DNA from: Phoronis australis
Taxonomy: Eukaryota > Animalia > Phoronida
Length of the DNA stretch: 64,000 nt
Reading direction: 5' to 3'
Assembly (NCBI GenBank): GCA_002633005.1
Contig: NMRA01000224.1
Location: 187,759-251,758, forward strand
Each line of letters opens with the position of its first letter. Position 1 is the first letter of the stretch. The translations under genes were made by a program, and so were the position numbers. Below, piece after piece: positions 22,950 through 38,600 of the stretch. The notes below the pieces were generated by a model. The model was not told the DNA's origin and did not search any database. It saw nothing but the letters and a program-made list of their open reading frames with translations.

Positions 22950-23713
22950 CTGCAAGAGCACAAAAGAATGACATTTTAGCAAAACCTTATCAGCAATTTC
23001 AAGAACTTAAAAATCAGAACTCTTAGAAAACCCTAAAAGACAAGTTTGGAGTGCAGTAGCCCTCAATAGACACAGTTGATAAATTCCATGCAAACCCACT
23101 GACCAATCAAGGCGGACTGACTAAAGAGTGAGAGCAAAAAGTAGTTGGTTAACATGAACCAGCTGTGCTGGAGAGAAGGAGCGATAAGGTCCCAAGACAG
23201 ATGAGTAATAACACTACCCAGCAATATATGCCAGCTTAACAAACAGACATCTAGCCAGGCAGGGGTGGGCCTGCTGCTGGTGCAAATTACCAGGTCAAAT
23301 GGGGAGAACCTTGATGTTTTAACTAAATGTTTATATATGCAGGTCAAATACTTATTAAGTAAATTGAACTGCCCTGCTCATCAAGGTCACTATCTACCGC
23401 ATTCAGGAGTGGTCAGAATTCAAATTGTGAAAAAGGATCAGAGACTCTTTGAAGCAGTTTAGGGTGAACAAACAGTCCATCCCCAATACTAAGATCCATG
23501 TCCTGCCACTAAGGAACTGTTGAAATGTTTAAGGAAATGCAGAAGTGTTGGAGCGATAAGTAATACTAGCATGCACACTTGAGTCCTGTCAACACACTCC
23601 CATTTGTATTCTACAATTTTATACAAAGTACTGTCAAGACTTCCTTTGGGTAAAATCTCATCAATTTAGAAAACAATATGGCAAACTGGTGACATTTAAT
23701 CTTCTCAAAGCTT

Positions 23714-24010
23714 CATGACACACTATTAAAATGACCCAAGGTCTGTATCATGACATACACACTATTAAAATGACCCAAGGTCTGTATCATGACATACACA
23801 CTATTAAAATGACCCAAGGTCTGTATCATGACATACACACTATTAAAATGACCCAAGGTCTGTATCATGACACACTATTAAAATGACCCAAGGTCTGTAT
23901 CATGACATACATACTATTAAAATGACCCAAGGTCTGTATCATGACATACTATTAAAATGACCCAAGGTCTGTATCATGACATACTATTAAAATGACCCAA
24001 GGTCTGTATC
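23714..24010. repeat. 33-39-bp minisatellite, about 8 copies
   Basis: catgac(atacac)actattaaaatgacccaaggtctgtat with length variation in the AC tract. Confidence 0.93.
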
Positions 24011-26231
24011 ACAGCTACCAACGAGCACTATTTCGAAAAATTGTGGGCTTTCACAACAATGTTGGAAGCCGTTGAAAAATGAAAAAAGTGCCATTTACGT
24101 CCAAAATTGGTGACATTTTATCATACGATTATCAATGTTCACGGGAACAGGTGTTCATAAAAATTCTCAACCTAAAGTCAAATATTACAAGTACACATTC
24201 GAAAAAAAACAGATAGTCCAGATAGTCCATTACTTCAATCACTTCATGTCTCACTTTAACTTCAGAAGATTTAACTGTTAGGCACTTGACTAAGTGGTTT
24301 AGAAACCCGATTCCAGTGTATTTGGAATGTCAATTTTTTCTCTTAGCAAAGTAGATTTTGAGGTTCCCAGAAAGCTGATACTCCCCTCAGAAAGTCTATC
24401 TTTGCATGTAAAAGTTTAACGCCCTCTGCATGTAAAAGTCTAACGCCCTTTGCATGTAATGCACATTACAGTAGACGTTAGTGCGCCTAGACGTTATCGT
24501 TTATTCGATTGGACTTGCACAGTAACTAGTCGCGATTTCAACAATGTTCGTGGTGTAACATACATCAAGATTTTCTGAAACAGAGTCTCGTCGGCAAAAA
24601 TACACATCTAGTCGCATTTTGGTGCAACGAAACTTTAAACTTTGACGCCAAGTTTATTTTGTATCTACCAATGTATGTCTGACTTGTGAAAATGGGCCAG
24701 CATTTCTACACCAGACGGACACTATTGGGCTTATGTAATTCTGTTTAATTTATACATTACATGTTACTGTCAAAACAGAATATTCCACCAGGGGTTATGT
24801 CAACAGTAGATCTCTGGCATAACATAAACTAAAGATATTGGAAAAGCCCTAAAGAGTCCTGTTTCTATTGCCAATTAGCTAGAACAACTGATAACTGGTG
24901 AAGGACTGGACAGTCTGTAATGACTTAATGATTTAGAAACACAGTTACTCTAAATGCTGTTTGTACTACATTACATCACTCATAGCACTGTAGTTAAATG
25001 TGATGGAACTCCAAAGAGAAAAACTCTACTTAGAATTAGAATTGTTATGAAACTCCAATGGTGGGTATCAAATTGAGGATTACCGCAATGCAAGATTGAA
25101 ATACCCATTTTTCCCACAAAAAATGACAATAATGGTAGGAACGGGAAAGTATTCTTATTCCCAATGATTTTGGAGACGTTTTTGTGTTTTTTCAATTTTG
25201 TAAAATAAGCTGCACTAAGATGTTTATTTCCGCAGAACATAAGTTCTCAGTTTAATTTCACCACAACAGTTACTGACCCAAAAACAACAACTGCACTGCG
25301 CTCGTCAGCCCCCAAACCAGCACCATCGAAAACCTTCCAATCGACCAAACGCTCAATGGCATCCTGCAATGTCTATCTCCCTCTGGTTAATAGTTCTCAT
25401 TAAATGCTCAACAAGTAAGCCTCCAATTAGCCACATACAGCCCACCCCATCCAACATGTCCTTACTCATCATGGCCAGCACAGCTGTCACTGCCAGCTGC
25501 TCTGGCTGGTCTCGTACACTGAACTCATAATGAGCTGTTTTTTTTAATAACTGAAGAATACTGCAGAGAAGAAAGGCACTTGAAACCAAGGGCAACCAGC
25601 CACCAAGGGAGGAGAAAGCGTTGAAACCAAAGCAACCACCCACTAGTAGGTTTCATCTCTACCATCAGTGGTAGACAAGCACACACACCCCACATCCCCC
25701 NCCCCCCCCCCCCCACCTGATCGCAAATCTGCTAAGAATCCCTATAAGCCCAGTCAATGCACATGTTGGTTACAATGGCCCAAAATATTTGGTAACACCT
25801 TCAGGTGTTAAGTAATCAGTTACTTTTCCAAGAAATCACCAATGAAAACCAACTGGGTACTGCAACAGTGAAATGTCAGAGAGTTAACACATGCAACAAC
25901 AGGAAGGGTACGAAATGAAAGATATACCACAGAGAATGTTTACATCAAAGGCATGCTCAAGATGAAATATTGTCAACAACACCAACATAGTGGACACAGA
26001 CAGTTTTCAATTGAGTCGGCAAATGAGAATAGCAGATGGACACTGGGAAGCAACTCTCACTGTAGGAGCTGCCATCAGGAGCAACAGACACAGAATGTAA
26101 TGCTGAACACTAGAGATGACTGGTAATAAAGGGAGCTAAGAAAGAATGTAGCACTTTCTTAAGCTTTGCAATAAGCAGGACTGAGCCAAACAATGAAGAT
26201 TTAGACATCACTTGGACAGACATCAAATGCA

Positions 26232-26233
<2 letters not shown>

Positions 26234-26314
<81 letters not shown>

Positions 26315-26345
26315 TGTGTGTGTGTGAGTGTGTGCGCGCGCGCGT
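26234..26345. repeat. (TG)n microsatellite ending in (CG)n
   Basis: Seen directly. Source of the HTHT/CVCV ORFs. Confidence 0.97.
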
Positions 26346-27396
26346 GTCTGTGTCTATGTCTGAGAGTGTCAGCAAACACTCGTCTGAGTACAGACACAAT
26401 TGCATCATGGGACATTTAAACTCTGCACACTTGCACTGTTCCTTTAGCTCATATACAATATACGTTGACCAACACATTCTCAGCGAGATCACACCTAAAT
26501 AATGCAAGATGTCCGAGTGTTTCACCTGTGTATGTTCAAAAATGGAGCAGCCAACCGGCGCCATCTAAGTACCAGGACTGCAACTAGGGCTTGACTAGAG
26601 TATTAAATCATAGATGTAGACAACAAGTAAACACCTACAAAGGTTTACTATGAAAGTTCCACAACAAATAGGAGTAAACATCACATTAACATGTAAACTT
26701 GTTCCCTATTCAGGTAAAATAATGCAAGACGCTCTGGCAGCCCTAACAGACAAGTGACTGAGGACAACTCTTAGGATAATCCTCCCAATCTACGGTAGGC
26801 AAACTAGAGAAACCATCCCATAGGAAAACGCTGCAGATATACGCTGCATCACACAATCATGTGTGGTTGTTTTCTATCAAGTCCCTGAACGCACTCCCAC
26901 TACACACAGTGGCTACCCCACAAGAATACCTACATGCCAGGTACAAGCCACACATGTTTCAGTCTGGCAGGAATGAAGGTTGAACCAAACAATCCAATGG
27001 GGAAAATGCTGTTCTTGTGGCCACAAATAGTTTACATTGACATTGAGGAATTCCCTTCAGAGCTGCCCGTTTATCACCCTACAAGAGGGCTTGAGGATAT
27101 TGCAGTGTCCTGGTGGACGGAAATTACTTCAACAAGCTTCTCATGAGTTGATGAGGACCAAATGTTAAGTGCGGAAAGAACAGACTGCTGCAGGTATTCG
27201 GTTAAATAAACATAAAAAAACCAGTCAAGGTCAATTATAAGTATCGGCAGAGGGGATATTTTTTAACATTTTCTGCGAGCAAAGAAGCACCCAACTGCGA
27301 CATTCCATAAACTGAAATTGTCAATAACGATCTCAACCGATTGTTTTGTCCACTGAAAATGTAATCAGTACAGTTCGGTAACACCCCTACATTGGC

Positions 27397-27787
27397 ACAA
27401 ACTTGGTTGAAGGCACAACTGTAATTTTTGTTTGAAAGCTTAACAGGAGATTGCATAGAGACTGCAAGTGAGTATGCATTAAGCTCTCTAAAAAAGTACA
27501 GTTGTGCCTTCAACCAAGTCTGTGACAGTGAAACGAAAACTTTCCACTCAATCTGACTTTTCACTAGTTAAGTAAAAATAATCTTTCTTCCTTTTGGTCT
27601 TGGTTTTTGTGATACTTAACTAGAACTCGAATGCGTGGAAAGTTTTCATTTCACTGTCACAAACTTAGTTGAAGGTAATTACTGAGCAAGTATATATAAA
27701 GGTATCTAAAAAATTACAGTCGCGCCTTCGACCAACTTTGTGACAGTGAAATGAAAACCTTCCACTCCATTTGAGTTCAAGTTAAGT
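27397..27787. repeat. Foldback repeat: ~75-bp unit in alternating orientations
   Basis: ccttcaaccaagtctgtgacagtgaaacgaaaactttccactc...gttaagt forward at ~27497 and ~27715, inverted at ~27614-27690 and partially at ~27397-27425. Confidence 0.75.
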
Positions 27788-28509
27788 ACCACATATGCGA
27801 TATATAAAGACCAAAAAAAAAGAAAAAAGCGGATTATTTTTCGGTGGAAAAATCTAATGTAATTTTTTTCACAGCCAGATTCCCCGAGAAATTGTGCCGT
27901 TCCATTGAATTGCCTATAACAGCCCTATTTTTGTTGTTGGGAGCTCAATATGCCCACTTGCCAATGTCAGCAGTCTACAGCAAGATGAGTAAAGCCTGTT
28001 GGTCCTTTGCAGGGGCATTAAGTAATTAACTGTGTATCTGACCACTTATCATTCCTCTCAGTGTGCACTTTGGATAGTGTTACACATGCATGGTAATTAG
28101 TACCACAGTGCAATATGGCTACCACTGTTTATTTGTTCAACATAACTCAGAGGTAACCACAACTGGTTGGAACATTTTGAGGGTGAATGGCTGACTTGAT
28201 TTGCTAATGAGCCAGAAGCAGTTGCATAACGAGATATCAAGTAGAAAGTGTCAGACATTTTGCAATGTGTAGGTACTCAAAACACCGACTATCAATTTTG
28301 ATTCAAAGCTCAAAAACAAAAAAACTCAGGAGTCCTAACGGCCACTGAAACCAGAGCAACCAAAAACATTGATATATGTCCAGTGATGCATCACAAATGG
28401 AATGCTGGTGTGTTTATTGGTATCATAAATAAAAATTACCACCAGATGGCACAGAATATGTCAAACCCTCTGAAAATGGGAAGGTTATGTTGTCTCCCTA
28501 ACGAAGGCC

Positions 28510-29165
28510 TAATAGCCGAATTTCATGAAAATCCGGTCACAGAGGCGACTGCAAAAAAGAAAATAAATTGCAAATAGCAGCCACTGTGATAGTCAGATCC
28601 ATTCAAACGAAGGTAACATCTGCTGCCACATCCACAGGATTACACTAGTCACCTTTCACTAAAGAACCCACAAGGGATTAAGGAGCTACAGTTGTAGATA
28701 CAAAAAATAAAAAAGGCTACTAGGGGGCACTGCATCAGTTGGACCCATTTGAAAAAGAACATTACTTATGCTGCTATCAGTAGAAAAACATCTGCCAATT
28801 TTCTTAATGCCCCTCTGGGTGTTTTTGTCTCCTTCATACAAACCTATTTACCAAATTAATTGAATTCTGACTAGGAACTCTGAAGATATAGAGATAAACA
28901 TCAATAACTATAATTGCCACAAGGGGGCACAGCGGCTGTCAGATATGTCCAAAAGTTGTTGTCATCCATTGTCACATTCATAGAAATACACTAGCCAGAT
29001 TTAACAAAGTTCCATCAACTCTGCAGATAAAGAGGCCCTATTTAAATACCAAATTAGCGCAAGTCGGATTTTATCCGGAAGTTGCCGTAATTTTTAGACA
29101 GTTCTATAAGAACACATCTGCCAACTTTCAAGAAGATACTTGAAGGGGTTTTAGAGATACAGCAG
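28510..29165. repeat. Degenerate copy of the repeat family at 41500-42535
   Basis: Shares aatttcatgaaaatc(c)gg, gc(c/t)act/caagggggcac and tgccaactttca motifs. Confidence 0.55.
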
Positions 29166-30872
29166 CAGGCGTGGGACACCAGACAACAGGCGACCAGATT
29201 GAGATGAAAGCAAAATCATTGTCACGTGTAAAATCTTACGAATAATGGGTGAAGATATTTGCCAAAATGGATATTAATATTCAATTTTGAAAAGTTTCTA
29301 ATATTGTTGTTAAAGCCTAAAACTTTAGTTTTCCACTCGTGGTGTCTTAAAAATTGGCAAGATTTTACTGTTGTACCAAGAAATCACTCAGAAATATCAG
29401 CAACAGGAATAAACACATCTGCAAACGAAATTATCCCCAACAAATGTCTGCAGTCTGGTTGGAGCAGGTAAAAAATGGCAGCAAAACAACTGCATTATCT
29501 GGCTTCTGTCATCGCCTCTAGAGAGCCAACGAATGAAAATCTATCAAAACAACAATGCTTCACAGGAATAAAACACTAAAATTTGTTGAAACAAAGCACA
29601 TATGCAAAAACCTCACCCTGGAGATAAGAAAAAAATGCCAATTCCAAAAATAACACCAGTGAGCCAAGATGGCCGAGTAATTATCATGCAGGAAGTACAT
29701 GAGTCATGTTAGTCTACATGAGACTCATTAATTTGTAAGTACAAATTCTGCCGATGGAACCCAGGAACAGCCTGCCTCCCTTTGTCTTCAATATAATCTA
29801 CGAGGATAAAATAATCCCCAGGAGTAGGTTGTATTCACTCACCAGCCAATCAAACAAAGCATTAATATTGATTAGACCGACATACAAATAATGACAAAGC
29901 CAAGGATGATCAGCCCAAGATCTATTAATATTTATTCAACCACCAACTTTCAAACAAAGTGTCACCTCCATAACTTCACATACCCCAGTCTAATGCTGCG
30001 TCAATTTATATCAAACCACCATAAACAAATTTAATATATTAAATTTTCATGGCTTGTCTAGAGGGTTAGGGTTACAAAGTTTTTTCAATTGCAGACGAAA
30101 ATGTTTTTGAAGGCATCACTGCTCCAGTACAAACTCTTTACCAAGTCTCGTAATCAGATGTACAGCACAAGCCATGCCAACAAAGCTACCCTTACTTAAT
30201 ATTCATCTTAGTTTGTTGAGATTTGATGAAATTACAAAATTCCTGTTGTGGCTTACAGTCAACAGTTCCTGTACCTCCCAACCAAATTATCAATAACGAC
30301 TTATCTATGTACTCTCCCGTTGCTCGCACAAGGCTATTCATTCTGAAAACTACAATAAAATAATTGAAAGTAAGAAAACAATTACAAAAAATGAATTTGA
30401 AGAAGGCTCATTTCACACTAGCAGAAGCCCCTGTTCAATAGCACTTGCGTTATGCAATAAATCAACATAAATGTTGACACCAACACAAAAATTTCAAATG
30501 AAAACAAAATCTGATGACTTCAACTAAGAAGATTTCCATGTTTTAATTCGGTGAAATCAAGGCTACATCAACAAACCAATCCCTTCATCCCACCACAAGA
30601 TCCTGCCAAAGTAAAACAATGAGGCACCCTAAAAACACACATTAATCAGCACTGCAGTTCTAATGTGGCAAAAACAAACAAATGTCTTCTGAAGATAAGG
30701 CTTGGTGATAGTGTGGTAACATAATACCAGGGCTAACCAAGAATGGAAATATCAGAAATAGCCGCCAGCAAAGTCTACACCATTGTTAGATGTCAGTAAA
30801 GCTGAGGATGAGCTTCAATGATCATGTTTCAACAGATCCTTGTCTGAGGATCTGCTCCAGTGCTTGGTTAAT

Positions 30873-30926
30873 GTGACACCCTGGCTACCTATAGTGACAC
30901 CCTGGCTACCTATAGTGACACCCTGG
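30873..30926. repeat. 21-bp tandem repeat, about 2.6 copies
   Basis: Units of gtgacaccctggctacctata. Confidence 0.85.
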
Positions 30927-33900
30927 CACACTCTTTCCATTAACAAGTCTGGGTATGTTTGGACAGATCTTGAAAACTCATCTCCTCCATGTCCATTTGC
31001 ACAGCCATGACATCAATCAGTTCCCTTGACATACATCTGGCAACAATGTTCAAGTTTTGAACTGGATGGATCATTTTCTTGAAACATTAGTATTGTTAAA
31101 CCTCCATTTTTTCCAGAATGTTTTAATCAACAAACGATTATAAACCTAAACAGTAATGTTAAGTAATGCTTAGACATCAATACTTATAGGAATACAAAAT
31201 ACAGGACAGCTACCTGTAATTTATTTGCAAAAAAACGAACCGCGTATTCCATTCACACCAATTGCAGGCGACCAAAAAAAATTATGAGCAGCAGACTCTC
31301 AGCCCAACTTGTGACCTGAACACACACATGAAAGATTTGGACAGCGTTGACACCTATGACCCTATAAGTGCTTCCACCCTGATCTTTATGAATATTTGCT
31401 TAACATTCTTGAGGAAAGGGTAAAAAACCACAAGAGAGCCGATGGATAATGAAGACCAGATCATATGGCAGACTCCACTCAAGACCAGGGCAGTGTTGCC
31501 CCCTGGTTGAACACAACAAGATTCCTGTGGTTCAATGTTAGATGGTTGACAGAGGGAAGAATCCAACAACTAAATACGCCTACTAACGAGCAATAACTAT
31601 TCACGAAATCAAAACATGGTCACCCCAACAAAATCCATCTCAGAACTTCCCTATCAGGCTGCCTGTTATCCAATAGGTTCTCAACTTACATACCATGAAA
31701 AGTATTCATAATATTTAGGAGTAAAAAAAGTTCAGAAAACCATATTGCAGGCAAGCTCTTCCAAATTAGACTGCTTCAATTCAAAATTTCACAGCCTCGG
31801 AGCTGATCTCTCAAGTTCACCCTAGCGTTGAAGCCTTTGCTGTCATGACAAGGAATTGTTCAAGTCTAGTAAGACAGGTTTACTTAACGTACCTATGTCT
31901 TTAACGCATATTGAAGCAGCGCTTGGAAAAAGAGTGCCACTTTAAGAAAAGCCCATTGTCTTAGCAGGACTAACAAACAATGTAGCGTCTCTCTATCAAG
32001 CCCATGTTTAAACTTGGCTCTTGCATATGAAGTTATCAATTTACCTGCAAATTCCCCAGGTATTAACCCAGATAGGGTTGTTTGTTTTAACACCATTCCT
32101 TGTTTCTGGATACCCATAATCCCCAGATTTCTGACTCTCACGTTTCCACGTACTAAGCGTTAACTCGACAAAATGTGGTATTCTGGAACAAGTCCAATTT
32201 TAACGCATTGAATTTTCCTTCCATTGACACAAGTAAATGCTAGAATGGACTTTGCAGGTATACAGCTGCAGTTGCTTGTATTTTACTGTCGAGGTCAGCT
32301 AATCATGCGGCCATATTTCCACTACACTGGTAATTAACGCAAGTGATCAATCATGATCTTGGTAGGATTCAACACTACAGTACAAAGTTTTGTCAAGGCG
32401 ACCACGACTACAGTGGCAAGAACAAGACAAGCATGCGTACGCTTCCACACTGGCACATCAGAAACAGCCCATTGTTTCTGTACCTTTCAAAATTCAAGTC
32501 TTACTCACTCGTTATCTTGAAGTCTATATGTTGTAACTCCAAACCAGTGCATCAATCGGAATTTTGTTCTCTTTCAAACAAAATTTCAGGGGTGCGGTTA
32601 AAACATTAGAATTTGAGTACTTCAAAACACAAGAACGAGACCACCTTACAAACTGATACAAAATTAATTTGAGATGAAACCCCAAGCATTCATAATCAGT
32701 GAAGCTAAGACCGCCAAAACCAGCCAGCAGAGACAGATATCAACAGAACAAAAAGTGTGTTTAAACTAAACAATCTGGCAGACATGTAGCAAATACCTAT
32801 TAACCACAGCCACTGGGGAAATAAGAATCCCCTCCAACACCAGTCACCTGGTAAGGCCAGATACCAATCAACCACAGCCACCAGGGGGAGTAAGAATAGT
32901 CAACCTCCATGGGCAGCTGCAACTGACACAAGTCACCTGGTAAGGCCAAATATCCACAATCATTCAATGAGGGAGTAAGTACTACAACTGCTACATACAC
33001 AAATAAGAGACCATAAGTAATACAATAATACAATATAACACCGATTAAAAAGCCACAGTCTAAGTCGACAGGTGAATGCACTCAATGACTGTTTTTTTTG
33101 GCCATGAATAATTGTTTAATATCTGCTATTATAACAGCATCGTGTGGCACAGAAATTCTAGAATGTGTTAAGTGAGTGCACGCCATTGTAAAGAATGTTC
33201 ACATAAGCTCAGGCAACAAACAGCTCAAATGACGAGTTTTCGCTACAGAACACTAACACAGATATACCAATACTGATTCGTTATCCACAAAAACATGGGA
33301 TATATGTATAGTTGGGATGTAAACATTACTTTCTTCTTCAGCCTCAGAACTGCAGAAATCCCAAGTCTGCTAACGTATCACCTCGACACACCATGTTTAG
33401 CGTTGATAACCGCGGGAGCAGCATGAATTATTAACTATTTTTTCAGATAATCAGAGAGATTAAACTAACAACACGAAATTAAGTCAATTCATGCGGGACG
33501 TACTTGAAACTAATCCAAAGTACAATGTACAACTGATCAAACCTGTCCAACATGTAGCCGAATGGAATGTGGACTCCTGAGGTGTAAGACTCAGCTACAA
33601 TGTTAAGGCTTATGCAATTAAACCTACCACAAAATCTCACCAAGTTAGGACACAATATGACTGACAGTCTGACAAGTGAAATTTTCTTTCGTTCTTCACG
33701 AAAGATGAATAAATTTGAAACCATTTTAAGAACAAAGTAATAGTTATAGTACCACTAGACAATGTTTCTGAGAAATTGTAGACATAAGACAACATTGTTA
33801 GAAGCTTTTGAATAATGAAGACAGGCCAAAATTGGCAATTATTCTCACCAATTGGTGAGAATTTATTGTACTTGGTCATTCCAAAGAAATAATCGTGCAC

Positions 33901-35148
33901 ATGAAGCCCTAGGAATGGTGTTAATTTCCTACAAATCTGTAAAGACTCTAGCACACATGGTATAACTGAAATTGTAATAAGTACATTTTCTGTTTCTAAA
34001 TCACCATGTGTGTGGTTTAAGCTTTGCTAACATTCAAACAGTTTGGAGTTTCAAAACATCCCATCGCGATACGTTGCTTCACCCTTAACTTCAGACCTTT
34101 TATTTTTCACAAAATGCTCTCAGTCATCACCATAGATACCGGTGACACCAAAATATTGAAACCACATTTTCGAATTTGACATTCCCAAATTTCTAACGCT
34201 GAAAACATGGCGATGGTATTTTCAAAAAAGAGTCACATCGATAATTTAGAAATAAATAATATGAGGAGAAAGTTCTCTCATGAGAAAAATACACTCTTAC
34301 AGAATCACTAACAGTGAAAACTTCGCTTTATCTGAAAACAATAAGTCGATAAAGTCCCAAATTCAGTCATTTTTACTCATCATTACAGGAAGCTATTCAC
34401 TCACTAGTCACTTAGTCCAAATACCTAGAATGTGGGAAACCCACCTCCAACCCATCACCTCCTTTTACCTGTGTGAGTTTTAGCTCACCTGAACAATACC
34501 AGCCACAGGTGATCAGCACACACCAGCTCATACCTGAGTGAAGCATTACATTACTCAAGCAGCCTGATTACACAAGTAAAGTGTATACAAAAAGACGGTC
34601 ATTCAATGTTGAGCCAATTGGAGCTAACTGACCCGTACATAACCAGTGCTGTAACACAAAATACATTGGTGGCAAAAATAACGACAGATGTGCAATTCTT
34701 TCTCAAATAAAACATAAATATATTCCAATACAAAAATGTAGTTTTGTATCTGGACATTCCATTTAGTTCACTACCTCGAACTTAGGAAAAAGTCAAGCAA
34801 ACTCCAACATAAATGCCAGACCGTACAGACCCGCAGAAGGAATAACTCACTCCCAAACACCTTTATGGCAAAACTTAATGAAACTGAAGTTTAACTTTTA
34901 AAACCATTAAACTTTTTTAATAGTTTCCTCATTGTTGGGTTGCTATTCAGGAAATGTGAAGTAAAACTTACATACCCACTCTCACACCTTCGTGACAATA
35001 AGGTTCATCAACTAATAACAGTGTTTAATATCATGAAATGATCAAACCTAATAACATTAAAATTGGCATTACCGATGTATGGTATCCGGAAAATTACTCC
35101 TTGAATTTGAAACCCATTGTGAAATTCAAACCAACTCCATTTTCCTTA

Positions 35149-35602
35149 AGGGCCTTTCATACTAACATCGACGTGTCGATGGTTTGGGGAGTTGCGGTCA
35201 GTATGAACGCTTAACTCCGGTCCTGGATCGCAGTTAACAGCTCCAGTTAACATTGCAGTTAAAAGGTGGATTTAAGACCACAGCGTCGACGCTGCGGTGC
35301 AGTATGAACGCTTAACTCCGGTCCAATCGAAGTTATCGCCAGGTGCCACTGTTATCATCAACAGTTACAAGGTAGTGTCGTCACTTATAGCTGCTTAAAT
35401 TTTCTCTAATAGCAACCAATCGATTTAAAAATAAGTTTAATGTCACAACGCTACCTTGCGATAACTTCGATGACGACAGCGGCACACAACCGCTTACTTT
35501 GATGTTCATTAACTACCGAATCCAGTAGGAACGGTCCAGTTAACTGCAATGTTTACGTCCACGCTCCGCTCAGACCGGAGTTAAGTCAATATGAAAGGGC
35601 CT
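35149..35602. mobile_element. PIF/Harbinger-type MITE
   Basis: TIRs AGGGCCTTTCATAC / ATATGAAAGGGCCT (12/14 match) and 3-bp TTA TSD (35146-35148, 35603-35605). Subterminal cttaactccggtc occurs twice on the left and inverted on the right. Confidence 0.82.
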
Positions 35603-38600
35603 TTAGAAACTTAAGTATACTTAACCCCAGAAATGATCACAAAACAGAAGTAGATAACTAATTAATCCACAAAGCAGAACAAAGTATGATGTAGTTTTGA
35701 GTGGTTACCAAACATCCCTTTAGCACTCAGAATACCAGAGTTCATTGGCCACTTAATCAGAGGAAAGAATGGTGATTAAATTTATCTAATGTTCTTATTA
35801 ACTATAGAGAAAACCAGCTTTCACATTCAAAATAATGGACAGGACCACCAATGAACATGGCATCTGGCTAATGTCAAAAACGCCTGGATCAGTGGCCTAT
35901 GGCATGTGCTCTAATAGGCTAACTGATGCCTAGGAGGGAGGCTCATGTCACAGCCACACACTCAGGCCATTCTGTTCAAACTGACATATTAGAAAACTGA
36001 CTAGAGTTCCCTGAACTGATCTTAATTGTTAACAATAAGTTCCTCTATAAGTGCTGCCAAGAATACTTAAGTATGGGCCAGAATACTTAAATATGGCTTA
36101 TAATACTTTTATGTGGACATGACATAAAAGCACTCTTGATAAGTCTGCACTAAGAATCTCAGTAATAAAAAACTACAAAACTCAGTTTGAAGCACAGTCC
36201 AGGCGATAAACATGCAGTAAAAATTGCATGTGTGACCACCTACAATGAGATTTTGACACCAAAGGGCAAAAACCGATTTATCTAATAGTCAGTGTGCACT
36301 CACTAAACACACGGTATCACAAAACTTAACACGGAGTTAAACGAAGATACAACCCATGTGCAACTACCTTACAAAAATCGCACACTTACGTAGAAAATTC
36401 AGTGGCGATTGCTGAAATTTAACAATAAAAAAGAATAAAGCAAATCCGAGAACTTTTCTTTCTAATTACCGTCTTCTGTCAAAAAACAATGACTTAGACC
36501 ACAAAGGTACTTCAGAAACACAATAACAGTATCAATAGCATGTCCAAATTTCTTTTGATATTAATGTTCAAGATAGGTGTCTAGATTTCCTCCAATACTA
36601 AAGTTCAAAGATAACGTCTCAGAAATGCTGTAAGGTAAAGTTTTCTAAATAGTAATTTCATTTACATTTTAAACAGCTTTTGAGTTTTCTTCTCATGAAA
36701 AGCATAAAAATTCTATTTTTGACAGCCCCTCAGGCAAAAGTGGAAGATTGCAAAAAACATTTCCCAACAAATTTGTGGACAACAGAAGGTAAACCATAGC
36801 AGCTGAAACTTTCATATGAATCCGATTAACTATTTGTGAGATATGTTGTTCTAAAGTCAGCCAAATTTGGACGTTTTTACATGGTCCCACGCAAACTGGA
36901 AGGAAAGGAGTGCACTATAGGTTCACCTAACAGGGAATGAAACAACTCAAAATTTAATCCCCAGTGTTAGGACAACATGACTGGCTGTATTACAGAGTGC
37001 AAAGTATACACAGTACCACCAAACGCGGCCAGAAAAATCAATACAATGACTAATAATGCGGTCTTATTACAAATTTTACAATTGAGCATAGAGTAATTGA
37101 TATGGTACTAGAACATAAAAACTGTTTTAACAACGATTAAAATGGTACTTATTGATTTTTTAAAACAGATATATTAACTCAAACTCGCTCATTTCTCCAT
37201 ACTTTTCTGCTCATACAAACAATTTTGAGAAATTGAAGAAACAACTAATAATACTCACACACAACTGCTGCCTGTCAAAGTCAGTGATCAAGTCAACACA
37301 CTAGCAATCCTCTCAATGACCAACATGGACTGAACCATTGATAGACAGAGGGGGTTCAGGAAGTGACTCATGTTTGGAAAGGCATGCCTCTCATCACCAT
37401 ATCTTAATGACAATTGGTCACCCATCATTAAACTTTCTTGATAGCTTAAATTAAAATGGCTACAAAACAAGAGAAGATCTTGCCACCACTTATTCACTTC
37501 GTGCTTTTTCCTAGTAGCTGAACCATAAAATATAAACCCTGTTTACCCAAACTTTAACTGTTATATAGATAATTTGAAGTAGCAGTATTCCTACAAGGTA
37601 TGTAAACAGTGTGGTTATGACCCTCCCTGGAATCTGGAATACTTGGAGTTTGACAGTACACAAGAATGAGGTGTAACTACTTGTTCATAAATAACTGATG
37701 GAAGGAATTGCTCAAAATTCAACAAACTTCCATGAACGAAGGGTTACTGACAATTTCTCCAAATAGTTATTTTAATCTTTTTAAAAGTTTACTGTATAAT
37801 GGCCAATTAGACCAGTTGACAGGTGTGACTGAAATTATCCACAAAGTTGTTTTTGTTGAGAATGTGACAAAAAGAAATTCCACTTTTTCATCAACTTGCA
37901 TACAAAGCTGAAAAAATTCAACAACACCACATCACCAAATCTCGCCAACTGGCGCTTGATTGCATTTTGTCCCGGTGGTTTCTTATCCGGCTGTGAGTAG
38001 CACGATTCAATAGAAAACGAACTTAACGAAACAAAAATTATTGGTTCGTGAACCACAGCAACACACAAACACGTCAATTCATTTCATATTTTTTTGAAAT
38101 AAGTAATTTTGTGCCTTAGCAAGACCCCATGAATGTAGCATTGATGTATTAAAAGTGGAAAACAGTACCACCATTAATCAATGTGAGTATACACGCATAC
38201 AGCTGCTGAGATTGCAAAAGCAATTGCTATTACAAAAATGCATGGTGTGCATCTCTCTAACAGTCAAGTTTGCTTCAACAAAGCGCGGGCTAGCGGTTAA
38301 CAAATCACTTGGCAGCAATCCACAACTGCAGAGAGTCAAGTCTAACACTGTAGCAGGAAAAGGCGATCAATAGAACAATGTGTGACACAGCGTTAAATGT
38401 ATTAACCAATAAAGCAGGAATAATTTTTAAAAGTGCGTGGATGTGAGGTCAAGTGCATTTGCCCAGGTTATCAGTAAATCATTGAGCCCTGATAACTGTT
38501 ATATACAGCTGACCTATGACTCAAGTAGAGTCCATTGTTTTACCTGCAGAAGATGCCCAGCAAGAAGCAAGGGGTGCAGCCCCCCTCTGTACAGGTGAAA

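Noticed and set aside
25696-25714. Poly-C tract (possible G-quadruplex)
   Set aside because: It contains an assembly N, so its true length and sequence are unknown.
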